Below, piece after piece: positions 1-10,922 of a stretch of 64,000 nt of DNA (position 1 is the stretch's first letter; each line of letters opens with the position of its first letter). This stretch comes from Negaprion brevirostris (taxonomy: Eukaryota). The stretch is from assembly GCA_030324005.1 (NCBI GenBank), contig JARDVH010000025.1, forward strand, positions 83,635,521 to 83,699,520. Reading direction: 5' to 3'. The position numbers were made by a program, and so were the translations under genes. The notes below the pieces were generated by a model. The model worked only from the letters and a program-made list of their open reading frames with translations. It was not told the origin of the DNA and searched no databases.

Positions 1-380
1 TTTACCATTTAAATAATAGTCCGTTTTGCTGTCAGTCCTATCAAAATGGATGACCTCACATTTACCAACATTGTACTCCATCTGCCAGACCCTCGCCCAA
101 TCACTTAGACTATCTAAATCCCTTTGCAGGCTTCCAGCATCCTCTGCACACTTTGCTTTGCCACTCATCTTACTGTAATCTGCAAATTTTGACACAGTAT
201 GCTTGGTCCTCAACTCCAAATCATCTATGTAAATCGTAAACAATTGAGGTCCCAATACTGATCCCTGAGGCACACCACTGGTCACTGATCACCAACCAGA
301 AAAATGGTCATTTATCCCCACTCTTTGCTTTCTGTTAGTTTTCCAGTCCTCTATTCATGCTAATATGTTACCCGTAACTT
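1..380 (-). mobile_element. CR1-clade LINE RT fragment
   Basis: Reverse complement encodes SGVPQGSVLGP and W.M.YNVGKCEVIHF-type CR1 ORF2 motifs. Confidence 0.8.
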
Positions 381-433
381 GATTTCCTTCACTCTCAGTA
401 ATCACTGCACCATTGTTTCCCTACCAATGCCAA

Positions 434-537
434 CTGATGAAGGACTAGCGCTCCAAATAAACCTATTGACCTTTAACCTGGTGTTGTGAGACGTCTTACT
501 TGCGCACTCCAGTCCAATGTTGGCGTCTCCACGTCAT
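434..537 (+). mobile_element. Penelope-like pseudo-LTR fragment with degenerate hammerhead core
   Basis: CTGATGAAGGA...GCGCTCC-AAATAAACC...TTTAACCTGGTGTTGTGAGAC; same family as 49135-49235. Confidence 0.55.
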
Positions 538-881
538 ATCCTTCAGATTATATTCTGACTTTTTTCTTCTCAGCAATTTTGTTTTTTTAAACATGGCTTG
601 CTATAATCTATATATTGAACAAAATGATCTTGATCAGTATAATTATTTGTTTTTAAACGTGATAAATATAGAAACTGCTTAAATTGTGTACCATAAGCTC
701 TCTTTGGGAAGCTATTAGTATGAAATAATAGTTTTTGTATGAAGAGTGTTCAACATTAAAAGTATTAACTGTATAATTTTGCTTTGACTTTTAAATTTAA
801 TTCACAGCTACGCCTATTAAATGTTCTGCATTATTTAATATTTGTTTAAACTATGTGTTCCATTTTAATCAGGTTGCTGGG

Positions 882-951
882 ATGGGTAATCTGCTTAAGG
901 TCCTAACCAGGGAGATTGAAAACTATCCACATTTTTTCCTGGATTTTGAAA
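882..951 (+). CDS. CYRIA: CYRI-A/FAM49A coding exon 1 ([23 protein letters not shown])
   Basis: Acceptor AG at 871-872, ATG at 882, donor GTAAGT at 952. The translation matches the remembered vertebrate FAM49A N-terminus including the Gly2 myristoylation motif. 70 nt, phase 1. Non-coding 5' exon(s) probably lie outside the window. Confidence 0.95.
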
Positions 952-3900
952 GTAAGTTGTACTGCCGGGCAACAATGGACTCGTAAGCCTAAGCTGTTTT
1001 AAATCAAACCCTTCACACAAAATGTGGTTGAAGAAGAAACTACTTCTGGAAATAATTCACTTCTCCCAGCAGAGCAAAGTTGGTGGCATATTTCCCCTCC
1101 GAAAGTCTTTAATATTCACCACGTAGTGCATCTTTCTCTTCCCTTTCTTCTCTTTCAGGAGCCAAATGGGGAATCTTCTAAAAGTTCTCACTTGCACAGA
1201 GTTTGATCAAGGGCCAAATTTTTTTCTTGACTTTGAAAGTGAGAATAGACTCTTGCTTGGCTTTTACCGTAAAACCTCTCTGCATGTGCCTGTAGCATAG
1301 AAGACATTGGGGTGTGAAAGGAACTAGAATGGTTTGGACATCTACAATACTGCACCTTCCCTAAACCTGTTCTCATTTTTGGCAGTTGCTTCACAATTAC
1401 TTGACACTCCAACCAAGGACAATAATAGAACTTCTAATATAAAAGGAGCTCAAATCACAAAGTTTAGTGAAGGTGCAATTGTAGTTATAGTCATTTGGAT
1501 TGGAATTGAATCTGACTCTGTTTTATGAAAACTACCAAATTAAAGACTTGACACTGACTGTGTGAAACTAAAAATAGCTTCCTTCTATTAAAATTAAAAA
1601 TATTTACGCCATTGATTGGGCATATGATTTTAAATTTTATTGCTTTCATCTCATTAAATAGCTTGCTACTTGTTAGGTCCTATAGTAAATCAAAATGTTA
1701 TCATTTGCCCATGATCCATTTTATTGTTTGATGCAAAGAAAGGTGTGCTTAATTATGTGATTTTGTTAAATTGTGTACATTTTAAATTAGTATGAGGAAT
1801 TATATGTGGAAAAGTATTGTATGTAGTCTCAAGTTACTTTGCCTGATAAATTGGATGATGGTTTGTTGATGAACATCAGACAGATTTTTAAGGTCATAGA
1901 AGTAATGATAGTAGCACTTTGTTCCTTGCATGCCCCTTGATGATGTTTGGATGACACTATGCAATGCATGACTTTTCAACTGGAATTTCTGATTATTTAG
2001 CTTGGGTTGACTTAGTATATGCTGTTAAAAAGCAAGTCAAATATCTAATATCAGTGTGGAAAAATGTGCTCAATGGTGAGGCTTGCCATGTGGAACTGCA
2101 GTTCTTCACTTGCGATTGTATAATTCATCTAATTATTTTGGGGATTTCATTGAAGCTTCATGAAAACTTTAGATGAGATGTGTAATGTGCAGTCTCTAAT
2201 CACCCAATAAATATACACTTAAATTTAATTCTGCTATTTATTTGCAAGAGGTTTGAATATAAAATGTAGATGTCTATCAATTTTTCCATTCTGATTACGC
2301 ATTATATATTCCTGCATGATTTGAATTAAGTTATACAGTGATACTTTGCAGAAATGACACATCACAGCCTTTGTGGCTTGATGTAATGTAGAGAGTTCCT
2401 CTTCTATTTTGATAGGGCAAGGTGCTGCTCAGGAGTATAGATTATGTACTGGAATCTAACTGCCCTATGCTAATCCAATAAGCTTCTCAGATTTTGGAGC
2501 ATGTTGTCCTATTTTATGCAGAAATTATATTTGTACAAATCAAGTGCTTATTCATTTATAAACCACACCCATTGGAGCATTGATACATTTTATTCCTCTC
2601 ACAAAAATTCCAGTACAAAGATCTATTTCTTTCAATGTTTGAAAAGCTGATTTTTTTTTTAAAACATCGAATCCTTACATTGTTTCATTTGGCGTTTGTT
2701 CAAACTGAATAAAAGAAAGTAGAAAAGTGCCATTGGAATGGCCTGGTGAGTCCTCCTGCATGCTGTTTAGCACATTGCAAATTCCATTCAAACCTCATTA
2801 ATTTAGCTTTTTTGACATAAAGTTGATTAGAAGGTATATACACATGTATTTAAATACATGCTGAGTTGCAGTGCTGGCAAATTTTTAAAGATTGGGCTAC
2901 TTCTTAAACCCAAGTTTTAAAATAAACAAGATAAAAATGAATAAATCAGTGCAACATTGACTACTTTGCAGGAAGCTTGATAATCTCCTGTAGATTAATT
3001 GCAATTTACTGGTGAAGTTGCTGTTTTTTGTTTGCCTAGTTAAATCTGAAGGGTTCAGTTTCAGAGAAATTGGTTTCCAGGGCAGGTCAAAGGAACAAAA
3101 GGAAAAAATAAAATGCTGGGTTTGATGGTGAATCTGAGTCACACACGGAGTAGATGTCCCACAGGCTGTGTCCAAAGAATGGTTGGGGAAGTGGGTGGCT
3201 TGAGATTAGAGAAAGGGAAAGTTTGCAAGAGAGGCATTTTGTAATGTTATCTTGTGCTCGTAGAAAGAATTGACAGGAACTGACTTGGTAGCTGCACTAT
3301 TTTTTGTGACATTTAATTGATTACACTTCTCTGTTTACTTGTTTTATTGAATCTGGTAGGATAGGGAGCTACACTAATAAGGCAGAAAAAATTTGTGATA
3401 TTATGCAGATAAAATGACTAGTAAAAGAGGTGAAAATTACAGACAAACACAAAACATTTGAATGGGGCTTTTTAAAATTGATTAAAACTAACCATTTTAT
3501 GTTACGTGATTAAGTTATTGCTCTATTTATATTCAGTTATCACCACATACTGTACTCTATTGGAATCTGCAGGCAGCTTAAATTTGAGATGGCACCCAAC
3601 ATATTTCCTGATTACCTCATGCCAAATATTGCTTGTGCTCTGCAACATCTTCCCCTTTTAATATGTAAAAAGAGGCAGTTTTCATGAGTAGAGGAGAAGA
3701 GTCATCTTAGCTATTTCAAGTGGCTTGCTAATGCATATTGATAATAACTAATTCTGATGATTTTTAACTTTCCACAAAAGTGGTAAAACTGAAAGGATTG
3801 CTCAAACATAAGTTGTAGCAGCAAAGCTGCTCTGAAACCTATGTCTGCAGGCTTGATTATCCTGCTTTCCCAAATGAGGTGGGCATGGGTAGGGGAAAAT

Positions 3901-4691
3901 ATGATTCTAAGCGCCTCATATGGTATGGATTATTTTGTGGTAATTTGAACACTGCTGGTATTCCTTTCCACTGGTGTGTGTTGTCAGTCTTGGGATTAAA
4001 ATAATTAACACTGCTTATTATCTCCTTACCTTTGATAATTTTTCAAATGAAATATTATTAAAACTGCCCTGAGTATAATACTTGGTAAATAATGACCAAA
4101 GAGCTGCAATTAAATCCAACGTCAAATTTTATTTGAAAAAATCTATAACTTACTAGTTAGTTCCACACAACTATACATGGTTACCTCTTGTAACAAGATT
4201 TTATAGTAAATTTCAGGCTCGTACACAAGGCACTCCATTTGAACATTCTGCTGAATTCATTCTAGTAAAAATATAATTAAAGTAATTATTCATTTCTGGC
4301 ACACATCAGCTTGTTGCCTGACTCTGATGCAAGAATGTATACTTTAATTATTTAAAGTTTTATTATTACTCGAATTGAATTAAAAACTTTTAGCACTGAT
4401 CACTGAGAGGGAAAGGGCATTTTGTGAAAACTTAATGGAACTAATGAAGAGAAGTGCCTTCTGACAGCTACACATCTTTGTTTGAACAGAAGTCCTACCA
4501 TCCAATTCAGTAGTTCAGACCCCAGAGACAAAAATTGGATCAATTTGATCTATATGGATAGGAAAAATGAAAAATCATGGTCCCTACTGACATTGGTATC
4601 AGTAACGAGTCTAAATTCTAATTAGTTCAAATTCATATGGGGTAATATTGATCTACCTAATATCATTGAAACTAATACTTTGCATTAAAAT

Positions 4692-4825
4692 AAAAATAAA
4701 ATACTGCAGATGCTGGAATCTGAAACAAAAACAGAAAATGCTGGAAAAACTCAGCAGGTCTGGCAGCATCTGTGGAGAGAGAAAATAGAGTTAATGTTTC
4801 CAGTCCGCATGACCCTTCGTCAGAG
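4692..4825 (-). mobile_element. Short Penelope-associated repeat with minimal hammerhead core
   Basis: Minus strand reads CTGACGA-AGGGTCATGCGGACTG-GAAAC (4823 to 4796). Related copy at 52338-52440 and degenerate copies near 17340, 21900 and 59730. Confidence 0.55.
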
Positions 4826-5108
4826 AATAATAATTTGCATTACCTGAATCTCCTCATTTACTGAAAGGTCCAAAGAGACAGATTTGCATTTTACTTTATC
4901 TAAACGTACATGATGTGAATATTTAAATTAGGTAGCAGCTATATTATACTCTTTTACTAAACCATGCTGCATTTAACAGCATCTAATTCAAAAATCACCA
5001 AGGCATTCTTGTTGGAATCTGAGTGAATCTTACTCTTTATAGTGTGAAATTAAACATTTAAGATAACTTACTTAATTTGATGATCCAAAACTTCTCATTT
5101 TTGTGTAG

Positions 5109-5230
5109 ATGCACAACCCACAGATGGAGAGCGGGAGATTTGGAACCAGGTGAATGCTGTGCTGCAGGATTCTGAAAGCATTCTAACTGAGCTTCAGGCT
5201 TACAAAGGAGCTGGACAAGAGATAAGAGAT
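5109..5230 (+). CDS. CYRIA: CYRI-A coding exon 2 ([41 protein letters not shown])
   Basis: TAG acceptor, GTATGC donor, 122 nt, frame consistent with exon 1 (running total 192 nt). Confidence 0.95.
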
Positions 5231-5807
5231 GTATGCCAGCAATGTTCAATCATATACAAGTGTTGATTAACTTTTAACATGATAGTGCAGAGTTTTAATT
5301 TATTTTGATTTCTGTAAAGATTAGTTACAGCATTCTGCATTTAAATATGGAACACACTTCTATAGAAAGTTATAGTGTGAACTGGCTTTTTATCTGACTG
5401 TTTTTCAGAAGCTATGCAGCCTGTTTAAACATACTGATCTCATAGTATGAAACATCTAAAGTACTATGGCTCCAGCTGTCCACATAAATGTGATTCGATT
5501 TATCAATGTTGTATATCTTAGGAAAATATTCAAGTACTTTTCAAGTACCTAAAAAAAAAGCATTGCCTTTTTAATGTATAGTCTACTTTTTTATAATGAA
5601 CTAATGTTCTATTGTGGGAATAAAATAACATTTGCTCAGGTTTTCAACTTGAGAAGAACTAATATTGACATTAAAGACAATAAGCATTCTACCAAACGGT
5701 ATTGTCACATGGCAATTCAAGGTGCACATCATATAAACTGATGCCACAAATTATTAATAGCCAAAAATTTAAAGTGTAATGTTGTGCAATGTAACTTCTC
5801 ACACCAG

Positions 5808-5913
5808 GCAATCCAAAACCCCGGTGATGGTCAGCTTCAGGACAGAGCATGGAGTTCAGTGTGCCCATTGGTTGGGAGGCTTAAGAGATTCTATGAATTC
5901 TCTATAAGATTGG
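5808..5913 (+). CDS. CYRIA: CYRI-A coding exon 3 ([35 protein letters not shown])
   Basis: CAG acceptor, GTAAGC donor, 106 nt. Peptide visible in ORF 5784..5996. Confidence 0.95.
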
Positions 5914-6546
5914 GTAAGCTTTTTGAATTTTCCATTTTTTTGTCTCTATACCAGGTAGGGAAGAGAAGTTCAACGACACTTACCTTATTTATCTGATGCT
6001 ACTTGTCGCGCTTAATTTCCAGAGTTGCATCCATTGGGGCACACATCATCCATTGCAGCCCTGTAAACCAAACTAAGTGACAACACTGCCATTAGATAAT
6101 TCAGTACTTCCCTAGAAGATTGGTTTTCTGGTGATAGCAGTGGCAAAGGTAAACGGCTGACACCAGTAACACTTGTGGGCTTTCCATCTCGAGTCTTCAG
6201 GCAAACCTCTCAGAACACCACATAAACGAACATTAGCTTTCTTATTGGTAGTCTATGCAAGCATTGTTCCTGAAATCGGGGAACGTCCTAACCAAATTCA
6301 CAGTTAGGTTGCACTAAGATTCACATCTACAGCTGCTTTAAAATTGTATTGCTACCTTGAGACCACAGCTAGTCTCGCATCTATGCAGTTGTTTTTGTTA
6401 CTGATAAATCTGCCTAAACTGGAGCTTTGAATAGCCTGGTTTCCTAATCATGGCAATTGCTGAAACTCATTATAATTGCTTAATTTTAGTTTATGGTTAG
6501 AAAATACAAACTCCTTTCACAACTGATTGTTATATTCTCAACACAG

Positions 6547-6683
6547 AAAAAGCATTACAAAGTCTTTTGGAATCTTTGACCTATCCACCGTACACACCAA
6601 CTCAACATCTGGAACGTGAGCAAGCTCTAGCCAAACAATTTGCAGAAATTCTGCATTTTACTCTCCGCTTTGATGAACTTAAG
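6547..6683 (+). CDS. CYRIA: CYRI-A coding exon 4 ([46 protein letters not shown])
   Basis: CAG acceptor, GTTAGC donor, 137 nt (running total 435). Contains the DUF1394 core motif [11 protein letters not shown]. Confidence 0.95.
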
Positions 6684-6778
6684 GTTAGCAATGCATGATG
6701 TCTGATTTTTTTAAATTTATTTTATAAAAATGCAAAAATAATGGTAAATTATAACATCCTTTTGTTTTCTTGTCCTAG

Positions 6779-6856
6779 ATGAAAAATCCAGCCATCCAGA
6801 ATGACTTTAGTTATTACAGACGGACAATTAGTCGTAACAGGATTAATAATATGCAT
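6779..6856 (+). CDS. CYRIA: CYRI-A coding exon 5 ([26 protein letters not shown])
   Basis: TAG acceptor, GTGAGT donor, 78 nt. Contains the RAC1-binding YYRR motif (R159/R160 codons at 6818-6823). Confidence 0.95.
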
Positions 6857-6951
6857 GTGAGTAGAGTATTTTATAGGTCAAGATGTAGTTAGTGAAATAG
6901 ATTTGCATGTCTTGGAATTTAATCCATGCTCTTTTTATTCTGATTGAGCAG

Positions 6952-7068
6952 CTAGATGCTGAGAATGAAGTAAACAATGAAATGGCCAACAGAATGTCCT
7001 TGTTTTATGCAGAAGCTACGCCAATGCTAAAAACATTAAGTGATGCGACAACCAAATTTGTATCAGAG
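6952..7068 (+). CDS. CYRIA: CYRI-A coding exon 6 ([39 protein letters not shown])
   Basis: CAG acceptor, GTATGT donor, 117 nt. Peptide visible in ORF 6907..7098. Confidence 0.95.
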
Positions 7069-7666
7069 GTATGTATGCTAGATCAGTTACTGAACTAATT
7101 TATAAGTTAGTAATAATTGCTTTATTCTGGCGGAATTATTTTGCAAATCTAGTGGAGTGAACAATGATACTGCAGGTTAATGCAAACTGTAGATCATGTA
7201 TATCTATGGCAGTCAGTTTAGCTTTGGCATGGAGGCAACTGAGAGTTCCATTTAGGAAGTGACACCAGAGGATATTTGACCTACAATAAGGTGACTAGCC
7301 TTACCTCATCTGAATCATGGCCACTGATGTGAACTCCCATTATAAAAATAGAGGCTTTTCTATTTTATATAATTTCCTAATCTGCAAATTTTGGAAATCA
7401 AGCTGAAATTTAACAAAGAACCAGACTCAGAAAATCTGTCACCCAAAATGGAAAATAATCAGAATGGTGGACTATCTATAATGATTCAGTCTGACTGGAA
7501 GTAATTGAGAGCTGAGTATCTTAAATGTCAGTAGTCGTTAAAAAAGTAACAAGAAAAGCTGAGTTTTTCAGTTGGTCAGTGAATGCTTCTGGTAACATTG
7601 CAAAACATTCAGCACTATAGGTGGTTTCTTATTTTAAATTGCAATCGTTTATTTTTATGTTCTTAG

Positions 7667-7746
7667 AACAAGACTCTACCGATAGAAAATACAACTGATT
7701 GTTTAAGTACAATGGCTAGTGTATGCAAAGTCATGCTGGAAACACC
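7667..7746 (+). CDS. CYRIA: CYRI-A coding exon 7 (NKTLPIENTTDCLSTMASVCKVMLETP)
   Basis: TAG acceptor, GTAAGT donor, 80 nt, phase 2. Confidence 0.95.
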
Positions 7747-9270
7747 GTAAGTATGATCAGAAGTAGAAAGTATTTTATATTTTCAAATTATTGTGACATC
7801 TCTGTTTATTAGACTTGGGGTCATGTTATACGCACTGCTTCTGGCTTCTCTAAAAGAGAAGCTATACAAATAGTAAAGCATCTATGGCAGGTGTTTTGTA
7901 CATTGCCTACCAATTGCCTCACATGACTCGAAGTGGAATGTGGGCATTTCCCGCTTTACAAAGCATATTATGTGGCGTGATGACATTGGATGCTGTTCTT
8001 GATGTCATCACGCCAGTCTCAGATAATACCACATGTGGGCGTGTCAGAAAGCTGAGAGTCCACCCACCCACTTTATTTAATTTCAATTTAAATGCCTACT
8101 GGGGCAATTAACAACTATCCTGACTGGAATAATATAGCCAGAAGGAGAGATCCTCCTCATCCATATTGCACACCATCTCCCCCTCCTCCTGCCATGCAGC
8201 ACGAATCTGCCTGGGGTTCCTTCTCTTCCCACCGCTCATGTTTCCTCTTGCCTATATGCAGGAGCAGCCTCGCAGAACTTAGGTGCAGTATTGCTGCTTC
8301 TGGAGTGCTTTTCCCCATATTCTGATGGTGCAGACATCTATGCATGGAAATATAAAATGGACAACTAAGATGGTAGACTTGCTGATTTATTACATTTTGG
8401 GTAACAGTGGGGCTTCACATGCTTGGCAGATCATAGCACTAATTAAAGTTGGCTCACCTGGATAGAATACAAAATCCACAGTTCCTTTTGTAGAAAACTT
8501 TTGCTCCTCTAATACATTACAAAGAGTCACCTAACACTGACCTCGCCAGGAGGCCCTTTAAAGGACTGGCTGGTTCTTGGTTGCAGGTCATGATCTCCAG
8601 CCTCAGACCAAACATCCTACCCTCCAGCTCCTATTATGTGGGATGAACGTCTATAACCCGCCTTTGCCACTAATTGGCAGCAATTTGCTTATCATCAGGT
8701 GCATGTTTAAGATGGAAGTTAGAAAGCCACTGATTTCCAGGTGCGGAACCCACTTTCGGCACAGGACTATGCATGTCAGGGGCTAAATAACAGCGAGATG
8801 TACAAACAATTACTGTAGCCTTTTTGACTTCTTTGTATATTCAGAGCCTGTGCTAATAGCATTTGTGCTGTGGAACTGTGCTGCAACTGTATTGCAGTGA
8901 ATTGTAGAAAAGCAATCTATTATAATGATGAAGAAGCAAAAAATGTGACAACATGTACCTTAAAAGTACCAGTTAGAAAATCTAAGCATGAAGCACACTA
9001 TGATTTATTTCAATAACTTAAGATGCTAAATATGTGCTGATGTGTGTTTCTTTCTTTCACTGGTTGACAACAAGTTTTTTTTAAATTAACTNNNNNNNNN
9101 NAACTAATCAACATTATCATGAAAACTGAAGAAATTTTAAATGTCTAATGTGTGAATCATAAGTAGCCCACTTCTCTTGGTAACAATAGAGAAATACTGT
9201 AAGGCAGTTAATTATTCAATATTGTAAACATTATTTTCAATTGGAGTTTATTCTTTTTTCTTTTAACAAG

Positions 9271-9397
9271 GGAGTACAAGAGCAGATTCACCAATGATGA
9301 AACCCTGCTGTTCTGTATGAGAGTGATGGTCGGCGTCATCATACTTTACGATCATGTACACCCTGTGGGAGCATTTGCAAAAACATCAAAAATTGAT
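9271..9397 (+). CDS. CYRIA: CYRI-A coding exon 8 ([42 protein letters not shown])
   Basis: Polypyrimidine tract plus AAG acceptor, GTAAGG donor, 127 nt (running total 837). Confidence 0.95.
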
Positions 9398-9659
9398 GTA
9401 AGGAAATATTTGTTGGGAGAAAATGAGCATCATTATAGTACAAGAATGAGAAACAAAGTTGTTGTGTTTTATTGGGTCTTAAAATAAATGATGCTTATAA
9501 AGGTTCCAAAGTATGAAATCCCAAAATCTAATTTTCATTGTTGATATTTATTGACACCCGTTACGCCTTTGCTTTCATTTATGCAATTGAAAAATGCTGC
9601 CTTGAATCCTGTCAAGCTCCAGGTACCCAACAATCACTGAATGGTCTGATGGCAATACA

Positions 9660-9815
9660 AACATATGAAATAGGAGCAGGAGTAGGCCATTCGGCCCCTT
9701 GAGCCTACTCTGCCATTCAATAAGATCATGGGTGAGCTGTTTGTGTTTCTAATTCTACATTCACATCTACCCCTGAAAACCCTTGAATCCCTTGCCTAAC
9801 AAAAATCTATATCTA
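9660..9815 (-). mobile_element. CR1 LINE 3' end
   Basis: ACATATGAAATAGGAGCAGGAGTAGGCCATTCGGCCCCTTGAGCC, the same 3' tail seen in many CR1 copies in this window. Confidence 0.7.
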
Positions 9816-10851
9816 TTCAGTGATATAGATTCACTTGCATGTTTGTAAAGAGACACTCATGAAAACTGGGAGTCTGGAAGTGGTTGAGTTAGGTATATAT
9901 GTGTAATATTTCACTCCAGATAATATTAACTACCCTTCAACTAGCTTTCTGGACTCTTAACACATTGGACAACCATATCAAATAACTGGATTCCAATTTG
10001 TGAGTGAGTTGGAGGTGCAAGTACTTTGTAGACAGGAATAGCCTGTTGCCAAGCTTATGTTACCAATCAGTTACCAGTTCCACCTATTTGCTGCTTGATG
10101 TTCAACTTCTAAATCAACATAAGAACAGACAGCATTTTAATAGTGTTTGCATTAAGCATCAGTGTGAGTGGATCGAAAAATGTCCTGAAAAGGAGAGCTA
10201 GTTAGATGTAAAAGCACCAACTTCTATCTATAAAGTAATGTCATTGGTACACTCTACAAAAGGAAATATAATTTAAATAGGAAAGAGGAGGAAATGCAGG
10301 AATCTGGAAAAAAATAAAGATTGAATTTTATAAAGCAAATGTACCTGGACCCTTTTCTTAAGGTGTTTCAGTAGTATTGCTCACCGTATCTTGCTAATGT
10401 ACCAGAGAAATACATTTAGTTAGTGTCAGGATGCATGCAATACAACATACTCAACGCATTTATATCAATATATTTTTGATCTTACACATTCGATGTAATT
10501 GTGTTGATTTGTCAAGTCATTTGATAAATTTACAGTAAAGGCTATTTACAGAAATTCAGTTCGTTAATTGGAAATCTAGATCATTATCAGGAAATGGGTG
10601 ATTCCCATTGGAGATTGAGATTAATTTTGAGCTTCATGGGATTGCATTTTAATGGGATTCTAATGGAGTGTGTTTGATTTGAAACAAAATCTTTAAAAAG
10701 ATGGATGGTTTAAAGCCTTCCAGCATATTAAAGACAACAACTGGGCATTACATTAAAACATTTGCAGCCTAAAGAGATGATAGTTTAATATTTCACCAAA
10801 GAAATATATTAAATGTCAGTATTACTTAATGTTGCTTCTGTTGCATCTCAG

Positions 10852-10922
10852 ATGAAAGGATGCATAAAAGTTTTGAAAGAGCAGCCACCAAACAATGTGG
10901 AGGGTCTTCTGAATGCTCTCAG
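10852..10922 (+). CDS. CYRIA: CYRI-A coding exon 9 ([24 protein letters not shown])
   Basis: CAG acceptor, GTAAGA donor, 71 nt. Confidence 0.95.
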
